A DNA stretch of 64,000 nt from assembly GCA_964519895.1 (NCBI GenBank), contig CAZFLE010000004.1, positions 301 through 64,300 on the forward strand, in the 5' to 3' direction. Shown here in pieces: positions 8,306 through 16,520 of the stretch. The notes under the pieces were generated by a model. The model made no database searches and was not told the origin of the DNA. It worked only from the letters and a program-made list of their open reading frames with translations. The translations under genes and the position numbers were made by a program. Source of the stretch: an uncultured Enterobacterales bacterium (GTDB lineage: Bacteria > Myxococcota_A > UBA796 > CAJQPC01). Each line of letters begins with the position of its first letter. Position 1 is the first letter of the stretch.

Positions 8306-10042
8306 TCAGCGGCCAGGCCCCGGGGGTTCCGCCAGCCGCACGACCCGGTTCGCCGGGAAGGGGGTCTCGCTGACCACCGTGCGGCCATCCGGGAGCCGGA
8401 GCTCGACCCGGTCCACCGTCGCGACGTCGCCGAGTCCGATGTGCACGTTGGCGGGCTGGGCCGCGCCGTAGCCCGACTCGTGGGTGATGTGGTCCACCCA
8501 GGTGCGCTCCCCGGCTGTGACGGTGACCTTGGTGGCGGTGGGGGCTTCGATCCGGAGCCAGCTGGCCGCCGTGCAGCCGTCGCTCATGTACAGGTGCGGG
8601 GCGCTGAAGATGTCGGTCATCAGGATGTCCAGCACGTTGTCGCCGTTGAGGTCCTGGGTCACGACGCTGCGCCAGGACCCCTCGCGGGCCAGGCCCAGGT
8701 CCGCCGCGACGTCGGTGTAGACCCTCTCGTCGTCCCACTCCAACAGCGCGATCGGCATGGGTGCCTGGGCGCTGCCCGCGGCCCCGCCGCCGCCTTGGCC
8801 CTGCTGGTCCTTGGCCGCCTGGGCCCCTTCGTCGTCGTCGGCATTCCGGCCGTCGGAGTAGTCGCCCAGCGCCACCGCCACGTCCAGGTCGCCGTCGTTG
8901 TCCCGGTCGAAGAACACCGCGCCCCAGCCGGTGGGGTTGTCCGTGCCCTCCACCGTCACGTCGGCGCCCACGGACAGGGTCACGTCGCCAAAAGTGCGGT
9001 CCGCGAACTGCTTCAACAGCACGTTGTTCTCGGCGGTCGTGACGAACACGTCGAACAGGCCGTCGCCGTCGAAGTCCGCGGCGTCGACGTTCATGCCGGT
9101 GTGGGTCGGGCCACAGAAGCACTCCGCCCTGGCGTTGGTCAGCACGCCGCCGTCGTTCTTGAGCATGAAGTCGGGCCCGTACACGGTGCCCTGGTCGTTG
9201 GCCACGTAGACGTCCAGGTCGCCGTCGTCGTCCCAGTCGAACCAGCCGGCATCGAAGCCCTGGCCGGTGGCCTCGCCCTGACCCAGCCCCTCGGTGTCCA
9301 GGGTGAAGGTGGCGTCCCCGTTGTTCCACAGGAACATGTCCCACAGCTCGCCCGGGAAGTTGTCCGCCCGCACGGTCAGCCCGTACAGGTCCACGTCGCC
9401 GTCGCCGTCGACATCTGCGGGGGCCAGCTCGCGGATGCGGGCCATGTCGGAGATCTCGCTCAGGGTCTCGACGGTGCCCAGGCTGCCCGCGGTGTTCCAC
9501 AGGATGCCCGGGAAGCCCGTCGAGCCGGTGATGACGTCGAGCCAGCCGTCCCCGTTGAGATCGGCCACGTTCAACATGTTGACGTCGTGGGCCTGGGTGT
9601 CCGGAGCGTCCCGGACAAAAGCACCGCCGTCCCAGCGATAGACGGCCAGGGGCTCCTCGGGGAAGCCGATCAGCACGTCCAGGTCGCCGTCGTGGTCCAG
9701 GTCGAACACCGCCAGGGACCCACCGACGCCGCCGGTGCCCTCGCCGCGGAGGGGTCCGAGCAGGCCCAGGGCCTCGCCCTGTTCGGTGTAGGTCACGGCG
9801 TCGAGGGGATCGGCGCAGGTCTGGACCAGGTCCAGCTCCAGGAGCCCCAGTCCCAGGACCACGTCGGGCCCACTCCGCGGCAGGCGCACCGAGTCCGTGG
9901 GCTCGTCGGAGTCCTCGGTCCAGGCCGAGTCCGCCACAGGCTGCGACGCGCTGTCCGAGGTCCTGTCCCCCAGGCACCCCACCAGCCCCGGCAGCAAGGC
10001 GACCAGCCTTGTCGCGAACCGATGCCCACGCCAGCTCTGCAC
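8306..10042 (-). CDS. FG-GAP/VCBS-repeat lipoprotein with C-terminal ASPIC/UnbV domain
   Basis: Track ORF 8306..10123. I prefer the in-frame GTG at 10042, which sits 5 nt after a GGAGGA Shine-Dalgarno and gives (M)QSWRGHRFATRLVALLPGLVGC, a good lipoprotein signal. Repeats include DLDHDGDLDVLIG, DLNGDGWLDVI, DVDGDGDVDLY, DWDDDGDLDVYVAND, DFDGDGLFDVFV and DRDNDGDLDVAVA. The C-terminus is ...ITHESGYGAAQPANVHIGLGDVATVDRVELRLPDG. Confidence 0.8.
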   Translation of the reverse strand: MQSWRGHRFATRLVALLPGLVGCLGDRTSDSASQPVADSAWTEDSDEPTDSVRLPRSGPDVVLGLGLLELDLVQTCADPLDAVTYTEQGEALGLLGPLRGEGTGGVGGSLAVFDLDHDGDLDVLIGFPEEPLAVYRWDGGAFVRDAPDTQAHDVNMLNVADLNGDGWLDVITGSTGFPGILWNTAGSLGTVETLSEISDMARIRELAPADVDGDGDVDLYGLTVRADNFPGELWDMFLWNNGDATFTLDTEGLGQGEATGQGFDAGWFDWDDDGDLDVYVANDQGTVYGPDFMLKNDGGVLTNARAECFCGPTHTGMNVDAADFDGDGLFDVFVTTAENNVLLKQFADRTFGDVTLSVGADVTVEGTDNPTGWGAVFFDRDNDGDLDVAVALGDYSDGRNADDDEGAQAAKDQQGQGGGGAAGSAQAPMPIALLEWDDERVYTDVAADLGLAREGSWRSVVTQDLNGDNVLDILMTDIFSAPHLYMSDGCTAASWLRIEAPTATKVTVTAGERTWVDHITHESGYGAAQPANVHIGLGDVATVDRVELRLPDGRTVVSETPFPANRVVRLAEPPGPGR

Positions 10043-10140
10043 CACAGTCCTCCAGACGAGTCGGGCCCCGACCCAGTCGTCCGGGCGGACGATAGCTTGA
10101 ACGAATCTGGTCGACCCACCCAATCTGCAGGTCTCGACGA

Positions 10141-11184
10141 TCAGAGACCGCCGTCGACGATGTCCGGCGGCGTCTTCCAGACGGCCGTGCCCTCGGACAC
10201 GTCGGTGCTCCAGCGCAGCCAGCGGTCCAGCGCCGCCAGAGCGTCCGGCGAGACCGGACCCATCTCCACGGCCCCCGGCATGTACTCGTGGAGGTGAGAC
10301 ACGAACCCCCAGGACGTCGTCTGGCCGTCGGCACCCGGCGCCGTCAGCGCAGCGGTCAGCAGGGGCTTGAGCTGGGCAAAGTCGGCGTCGGCGAGCTCGG
10401 CCACGCTCGCCCGCGGGGCACCGCGCTCGTCCAGCAACCAGTCCCCGGGCGTGTGGTCCAGCAGCGCCAGCCCCTCACCGCCCGTTCCACAGATCTCTCC
10501 CTGGTCCAGGGCTGGCCGCCAGGCAAGCGGCAGCACCCCGCTGTCGGGGGCCCCCGCCGGGTTGGCCCCCAGCTGGCCGCCGCAGATCTGGGAGAGGGCC
10601 GGTTCGCGGGTGGCGGTCTGGGTCGTGTTGAGGGTCAGGACCTCCAGGCCGGCCGACTGGGCCGACTGGGCGCCCTGTACGAACAAGTCCGGGTCCAGCA
10701 AGAAGCCCCGCGCCCCGCGCCGGCCGCCGCCCATCATCATGCCGGGGCCCAGCAGCCCGGAGCCTGTCCGGGCGACCAGGCCGCACTCGATCTGGAGCCG
10801 TGATGCAGCCTGGACCATCTCAGCCGCGTCGTGGCCGTGCACCCCCACGTCGTGCCCGGCAGCCACCAGATCGTGCAGGACCTGGGGCCCGACGTCTCCA
10901 CACACAGCGCCCAGGGCGGCCTGGGTCAGCTGGAAGGACGCGCGAGCCCCGTGCTCCTCCAGAGTGGACGCCAGGGCTTCGAGCCCCGAGGCCAGGAACC
11001 GCGCCGTCTGGGGGTCCTGGCGGGCCAGGCGGGTGTCCAGCTTGGACCCCTCCAGCTCCGGCGCGTGGACGTGGATCGCGTAGAACAGGGCGAGCCGTGG
11101 GCTCTCCGCCTGGGACAGCGCGGACCAGAGTCCACCGGTGGCCAGGGCAGCGAACAAGACCGGCTTGAGCGTCGAGGGTTGCAT
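10141..11184 (-). CDS. hypothetical secreted protein
   Basis: Start set at the internal ATG 11184 (MQPSTLKPVLFAALATGGLWSALSQAES, a signal peptide) of the 453-aa track ORF. The sequence upstream of it is Pro/Gly/Ala/Arg-rich junk. No confident family; a loose His/Asp-rich segment (AIHVHAPE...HDVGVHGHD) is the only feature. Confidence 0.55.
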   Translation of the reverse strand: MQPSTLKPVLFAALATGGLWSALSQAESPRLALFYAIHVHAPELEGSKLDTRLARQDPQTARFLASGLEALASTLEEHGARASFQLTQAALGAVCGDVGPQVLHDLVAAGHDVGVHGHDAAEMVQAASRLQIECGLVARTGSGLLGPGMMMGGGRRGARGFLLDPDLFVQGAQSAQSAGLEVLTLNTTQTATREPALSQICGGQLGANPAGAPDSGVLPLAWRPALDQGEICGTGGEGLALLDHTPGDWLLDERGAPRASVAELADADFAQLKPLLTAALTAPGADGQTTSWGFVSHLHEYMPGAVEMGPVSPDALAALDRWLRWSTDVSEGTAVWKTPPDIVDGGL

Positions 11185-11309
11185 GGTCCAAGGGACGCCT
11201 GCGAGCGGGACCGATTCGGGGCCCGGACCCGGCGTGACCGGTCGTGACGTCTGCCCGATTTCTGTGAAGGAGCCCTTAGAATCGCCCAGGGGAATGGGTG
11301 GAGAGCGGC

Positions 11310-13577
11310 ATGTCGGACCGTAGCTGGCTGATCGAATCCACCTTCCTGCAGCGCCTGCCCGCGGCCCTGGCCGAGAAGGTGCTGCGGCTGTGCCAGGAGC
11401 GCCGCATGGCCCCCACCCCAGGCCGGTCGGCCCAGCCGCTGCTCCAGCCTGGGGAGAGGGCCGCCCTGCTACTCCTGAAGGGGCAGGCGATGCGGAACAC
11501 ACCGGGGGAGTTCAACCCCGAGCGCATCGACACCGGGCGCCTGATGGGGGCCGGCTGGATGCTCGACATCCGCGACGATGCCCCGGAGCTCCTGGCCACG
11601 AGCCCCGTGGACTACCTGGTGTTCCCGGCGTCCATGCTCGATGCCCTGGCCCCCGAGGACCGCACGACGCTCCTGGGCGTGCTCAAGGAGCTCGACGAAC
11701 TGGACTACGTGGTCGACAAGCTCGAGCACCGCCTGCGCAAGGAGCCCACCCTGCGGCGGCTCTACGCGCACCAGCGGATCCAGCTCCTCCAAGCGTCCAC
11801 CACAGAAGACGTGACCCCACTGGACATCCTGCTGGAGAAGGGCAGAGTCGCGAGCCGCCTGCCGCTCTTGTTGGTCGGCACCGCCCAGGCCTGGGTGGGC
11901 GCCAAGTCCCAGCTGGCCTTCCCCGCGGGTGCCTTGCTGGGGGCCTATGCGGACTGGACCCACAAGCAGCCCCGCCAGCCCTACCGCATCCTCCCCAACG
12001 GCCGTGCCCGCGTGCTGTGGCTTCCGGTCGCGACCTTGCGTTGCCTGGCCGCGCGGAACCCCTGGTTCCACCGCGCCAGCACCCGGGAGCACGGAGCCGC
12101 CCGGGGCTCGGCGACCCTCATCAACGCCTGCGAGGCGAGTGCCGGAGCGACCACGCTGGCGCTGGCACTCGCGGTCCACCTGGCCCTGGATCCCGACAAC
12201 GGCACCAAGGACGTGGCCGTGCTGGACCTGGATGGGGCCCGAACCTGCAAGGCGCTGGGACGGACCGGGACCCCCGTCGCGCGCTTCGGCGGCCCCTGTC
12301 ACCTGGTGGACCTGGAGCTGGGCCACCGGACCGTGCTGATCTGGCCCGGGGAGGGCACAGACCCCGACGACGTGCTGGACGCGCTGCTCAGCGAATTCGA
12401 AGAGGTGCTGATCAGCCACGCCACCGGGCACCCACCGCGGGAGGAGCTGCTCGAGGACGTGCACACGGCGGTCCTGCTGTCCGCCAGCCTGGCCGACCAC
12501 GCCGCGCTGCCCCTGGGAGAGCACCAGCGCCGGATCCACGCGATCCGGCAGCCCGCCGAGCCCTACCCCGCGCGACGGGCACGGGTGCGGGGCTACAAGT
12601 CCGGCCCGCCCTTCGTCACCTGGCAGCCCATGACGTCGTTCGTGCGGATCCCCTGGGACCCGTCCTGCGGCGACGCCATGACCGGCAAGGTGCCGCTGAA
12701 GCACCTGGCCAGTCCGCACTCGCCCATGGCCCGTGCGGCCGCGAGGCTGGGCCGGATGATCCAGGGCCGCTCCAGAGGGGTGGCGCTCAGCGGCGGCGGG
12801 GCCTGGGGCTTTGTCCACCTGGGCCTGTTGCGAGCCCTACACGAGTGCAACATGGAGCCCGACTTCGTGTCCGGGACCTCGATCGGCAGTGTGGTCGGCG
12901 CGGTCTACTGCGGAGGGCCCCAGACCGAGGCCATCGACCGCATCGACACCCTCGAGCGCACCCGCCAGAAGCTCTCGATCAACGCCCAGGGTTGCATCGT
13001 CAACAGCGCCTTCGTGGGCCGCTACATCGAGGGCATCACGGGGGTGCAGCACATCTACCAGCCCGAGGTCCCGCTGATCGCCGTCAGCGCCGACGTGTAC
13101 AGCAACAGCCGCTTCGTGCCCTGGACCGGGTCGTTGTCCGACGCCGTGCGCGCGGCGAGCAGCTTCCCGGGCGTGTTCACGCCCTTCAACCGGGGCAAGC
13201 ACCGCCTGGTGGACGGGGGCGTCGTGGAGAACCTGCCGGCCCTGGTCCTGGGTCGCAACGCCGACTTCGTGTTGGCGTCGAACTGCATCCCGGACCGCCG
13301 GGACCCGGACGCCAAGCCCATGCCCCGACCACCGGTCATCGGTCGCTTCATCGACGCGGCGTCGGCTCTCTTCCTGTTGATGGGCCAGGCTTCGCGCCAG
13401 GACGAAGGCGCCTCGGACTTCGCCTTTGTGCCCACCGGACACACCAAGAACCTGCCGATGGACTTCGCCCACGCCGACCAGACCGCGGCCCTGGGCTACC
13501 AACTGGCCATGGACCAGATGGGCGCGATCAAGGCCGCCTACGAGGCCGACCTGACCACCCACCGCGCCGGCGGGTAG
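11310..13577 (+). CDS. patatin-like phospholipase with long N-terminal regulatory region
   Basis: Track ORF from GTG 11298; ATG 11310 is preferred (GGAG upstream; MSDRSWLIE...). The C-terminal patatin hallmarks are VALSGGGAWG (oxyanion Gly-rich loop), FVSGTSIGS (GxSxG nucleophile) and LVDGGVVENLP (catalytic Asp). The N-terminal ~480 aa look like degenerate cNMP-binding-like modules plus a ParA/MinD-like segment lacking the Walker A lysine (ACEASAGATTLALALAVHLA...VAVLDLDG). Confidence 0.85.
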   Translation: MSDRSWLIESTFLQRLPAALAEKVLRLCQERRMAPTPGRSAQPLLQPGERAALLLLKGQAMRNTPGEFNPERIDTGRLMGAGWMLDIRDDAPELLATSPVDYLVFPASMLDALAPEDRTTLLGVLKELDELDYVVDKLEHRLRKEPTLRRLYAHQRIQLLQASTTEDVTPLDILLEKGRVASRLPLLLVGTAQAWVGAKSQLAFPAGALLGAYADWTHKQPRQPYRILPNGRARVLWLPVATLRCLAARNPWFHRASTREHGAARGSATLINACEASAGATTLALALAVHLALDPDNGTKDVAVLDLDGARTCKALGRTGTPVARFGGPCHLVDLELGHRTVLIWPGEGTDPDDVLDALLSEFEEVLISHATGHPPREELLEDVHTAVLLSASLADHAALPLGEHQRRIHAIRQPAEPYPARRARVRGYKSGPPFVTWQPMTSFVRIPWDPSCGDAMTGKVPLKHLASPHSPMARAAARLGRMIQGRSRGVALSGGGAWGFVHLGLLRALHECNMEPDFVSGTSIGSVVGAVYCGGPQTEAIDRIDTLERTRQKLSINAQGCIVNSAFVGRYIEGITGVQHIYQPEVPLIAVSADVYSNSRFVPWTGSLSDAVRAASSFPGVFTPFNRGKHRLVDGGVVENLPALVLGRNADFVLASNCIPDRRDPDAKPMPRPPVIGRFIDAASALFLLMGQASRQDEGASDFAFVPTGHTKNLPMDFAHADQTAALGYQLAMDQMGAIKAAYEADLTTHRAGG

Positions 13578-13585
13578 AACGGGTC

Positions 13586-14155
13586 ATGTCCGTCTCGCCC
13601 CGTCCCGTCGTCGATCCTTCGACACACCTGGACCTGGACGCCATCGAGTCCGCCTGGTCGCGCCTGGCGCCCGCACCCCAGGACGACGGCACCCTGACCC
13701 ACATCCTCTCCCGGCTCGCGGATGGGTCCCGCCACGAACCACAGACCGTGATCCTCCACGTCAACGAAGGCATGCCCGGCGACCGCTGGGGCACGACCCC
13801 CGGCCGCAACCCCGACGCCCAACTGGCCGCCCAGAGCCACCGCTTCTCCACCCTGGTGGCCAATGGGCAGCCCCTGAGTCTGTTTGGAGACAACCTGACC
13901 CTGGACCTGGACCTGAGTCTGGAGAACCTCCCCATCGGCTCCCTGCTCGAGATCGGAGGCGCCGCGCTGGTCCTGACCCCCAAGGCCCACAACGGGTGCC
14001 TGAAGTACCGAGGCCGCTTCGGCGCCGATGCCCTGCGGTTCATCTCCCGCAAGGAGCGCCGGCACGAGCGCCTGCGGGGGGTCTACCTGAGGGTGGTCAT
14101 GCCGGGAGAGATCTCGGTCGGAGACACGGTCCGGGTCAGCCGCGCGGTGGGCTGA
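13586..14155 (+). CDS. MOSC domain-containing protein
   Basis: Last 189 codons of the 921-aa track ORF, starting at ATG 13586, 8 nt after the patatin stop. ...GDRWGTTPGRNPDAQLAAQSHRFSTLV...GDNLTLDLDLS..NLPIGSLLEIGGAALVLTPKAHNGC.KYRGRFG...GVYLRVVMPGEISVGDTV is the typical MOSC beta-barrel with its conserved Cys. Confidence 0.75.
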   Translation: MSVSPRPVVDPSTHLDLDAIESAWSRLAPAPQDDGTLTHILSRLADGSRHEPQTVILHVNEGMPGDRWGTTPGRNPDAQLAAQSHRFSTLVANGQPLSLFGDNLTLDLDLSLENLPIGSLLEIGGAALVLTPKAHNGCLKYRGRFGADALRFISRKERRHERLRGVYLRVVMPGEISVGDTVRVSRAVG

Positions 14156-14174
14156 GCCGGCCCGGCCTGGGGCC

Positions 14175-16520
14175 TCAACCGGGCGCCTGGCCCAGCCACC
14201 GGACCTCCAGCGTGCGCCGGTCGGACCGCCCGGCGCCGTCCACGGCGACCACGTCGTGCCGGCCAGGCTCCGGGGTCCACCACAGGCGCTGCTCCGCCGG
14301 CGCCGTGCCCACGTAGGCCCCGTTCACGAACCAGGCGATGGCCGCGTCCGGGCGGGCCGCGTCGACCTGGAGCGGCACCTCCTGTTCGCCGGCGGCGAGG
14401 CCTGGGATCAACAGGTGCACCAGGCCGGCCGCCGGCCGCGTGATCGCCGGGGGCTCCCCCAGCGGGACGACGCCGCAGTCCGGGTGGACCACGGGCTCCC
14501 GGGCCAGAGCGGCGTGGTGCCGCCCCAGGTAGCGGCGCACCTCTGCCGGCCAGCGGACCACCCCCTCGACCGACGTGTCCTTGCCCTCCCGACAGCCCGG
14601 GGCCACGGCGAGCCCGGAGTCCGCCTCCACCTCGACCGCGGCATGGAAGGGGCAGACCGCCACCGGAACCGCCGTGCGCAGGGCCCACGCCGCCTGGGTG
14701 TGCCCACAGCCCGGCCCGGGCAGGTGACCACTCAGGGCACAGACCTGGACCTCGATCAGGTCCCGCGGCGGCGCGGCAGCCGGCGCCGGGTCCCGATGGC
14801 CCAGGGCCTCGAGCACGTCGAACAGGATCGGTCCGGACGCCCGGCTGCCCACCAGCGCATGGCTGGGCGTCATGTCCGTGTTGCCCGACCACACCACCAC
14901 CGTGTGGTCGTTGTCCCAGCCCGCGGCCCAGGCGTCCCGGTGCCCGAAGCTGGTCCCGGTCTTCCAGGCCACCGCCGGGGGGATCTCGGCCAGGCTGCGA
15001 CGTGCGGGGAAGTCCGGCCGATCCCGCAGGGACAGGGCCCGACGGGTGAGCCAGGTCGCGCCTGGGGAGAAGGCCTGCCAGGTCTCGACCGGGTCGTCCG
15101 ACGCCAGGACCCGCGGCGTCACGGCCTGCCCACCCCGGGCCAAGGCCCCATAGAGCCCACTCAGCTCCAGCGGGGTGAGCTCGATCCCGCCGGCTGCCAC
15201 GCTCAGGCCGTAGTAGCCGGGCGTCTGCACCAGGCTCTCGACCCCCATGAGCCCCAGGTGCCCCAGGAAGTCGTCGACCCCCAGCTGGCGCAGCATCATC
15301 ACGAAGGGCAGGTTCAGGGACCGGCTCAGCGCCGCCTCGGCTCGCACCAGCCCGTCGAACTCGCCGTCGTAGTTGCTGGGCGTGTAGGCCCCGAAGGCGG
15401 CGGGCAGGTCCTCGACCAGGTGCTCCGGCAGCAGCGCACCCTGGTCCAGGGCCTGGGCGTAGATGAAGGGCTTGAGCGCCGAGCCCGGCGACCGCGCCAC
15501 GTCGAACATCGGGATCTGCCCGCCGTGGGCCTGGGCCCAGAAGTCGAAGCTGCCCACCAGGGCCCGCACCTCGCCGGCTTCGTGGTCGAGCACCACCACC
15601 GCCGCGTTGTGCACCCCCTGACGGGCGTGCTCCCCCTGGTGGCGGGCCAGGGCATCCTCGGTCCGGAGCTGGGTCCCCCGATCCAGGGTGGTGGCGATGC
15701 GGACCTGGTCCGGGTGGCGGCCCCGCAGCCAGGTGGCCGCGTGGGGCGCTTCCCGGGGGAAGGGCCTCAGCGCGCCGGGCACCGGCTGGGCCAAGAGCTC
15801 CTCGAGGCCCATCGGCGCTTCCAGTGCGTCCCGCGTCATGAGGAACGCCGCGATGTCGTCCCGGGCGGCTTGCAAGCGCTCGGAGTGGTCCGGGTGCGGG
15901 TAGCGCTGGTTCGGGTTCTGGGGCACCGCCAGCAGGGTCGCGATCTCGTCCCCGGACAGGTGCGTCGCCCGGTGGCCGAAGTAGGCCAGACTGGCCGCCT
16001 CGAGCCCCTCCAGGTTCCGGCCATAGGGGGTGAAGCTCAGGTACGCGACGAGCACGTCCTCCTTGGACAGGTAGAGCTCCAGCTGCAGCGCCCGCAGGGC
16101 CTCGATGCCCTTGGAGCGCAGGGTGCGGGGCCTGGGCTCCAGCACCCGGACCAGCTGCATGGTCAGGGTCGACGCACCGGACACCACCCGCCCGGCCATC
16201 AGGTTCGACCCTGCCGCCCTCACGATCGCGATGGGGTCGACGCCCGGGTGCCACCAGAAGCGCTCGTCCTCGAGCGCCACCAGGGCCTCCACATAGGCCG
16301 GGTCCACCTCGTCCAGGCCCACCGGCACCCGCCAGCGGTCGTCGGGGGCCAGGAAGACGTGGGCCACCGAGCCGTCCCGCCAGTCCACCGCGACCGACCC
16401 CGGTGTCCCGAGCCGCTCGGGCAGAGGCACCAGCGCCGCCGCCACCAGGCCTCCTCCGACCAGGAGGGGCCCGAGCCACGCCACCAGGACCAGCAGCACC
16501 CCCAAGAGCCGTCGCATCAC
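14175..16520 (-). CDS. pbpC: penicillin-binding protein 1C (bifunctional transglycosylase/transpeptidase)
   Basis: 781 aa with an N-terminal anchor. The GT51 motif is ALEDERFWWHPGVDP. The transpeptidase motifs are SPGSALKP (SxxK), TPSNY (SxN) and WKTGTS (KTG). Its start overlaps the alpha-2-macroglobulin stop (GTGA at 16520-16517). Confidence 0.92.
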   Translation of the reverse strand: MMRRLLGVLLVLVAWLGPLLVGGGLVAAALVPLPERLGTPGSVAVDWRDGSVAHVFLAPDDRWRVPVGLDEVDPAYVEALVALEDERFWWHPGVDPIAIVRAAGSNLMAGRVVSGASTLTMQLVRVLEPRPRTLRSKGIEALRALQLELYLSKEDVLVAYLSFTPYGRNLEGLEAASLAYFGHRATHLSGDEIATLLAVPQNPNQRYPHPDHSERLQAARDDIAAFLMTRDALEAPMGLEELLAQPVPGALRPFPREAPHAATWLRGRHPDQVRIATTLDRGTQLRTEDALARHQGEHARQGVHNAAVVVLDHEAGEVRALVGSFDFWAQAHGGQIPMFDVARSPGSALKPFIYAQALDQGALLPEHLVEDLPAAFGAYTPSNYDGEFDGLVRAEAALSRSLNLPFVMMLRQLGVDDFLGHLGLMGVESLVQTPGYYGLSVAAGGIELTPLELSGLYGALARGGQAVTPRVLASDDPVETWQAFSPGATWLTRRALSLRDRPDFPARRSLAEIPPAVAWKTGTSFGHRDAWAAGWDNDHTVVVWSGNTDMTPSHALVGSRASGPILFDVLEALGHRDPAPAAAPPRDLIEVQVCALSGHLPGPGCGHTQAAWALRTAVPVAVCPFHAAVEVEADSGLAVAPGCREGKDTSVEGVVRWPAEVRRYLGRHHAALAREPVVHPDCGVVPLGEPPAITRPAAGLVHLLIPGLAAGEQEVPLQVDAARPDAAIAWFVNGAYVGTAPAEQRLWWTPEPGRHDVVAVDGAGRSDRRTLEVRWLGQAPG

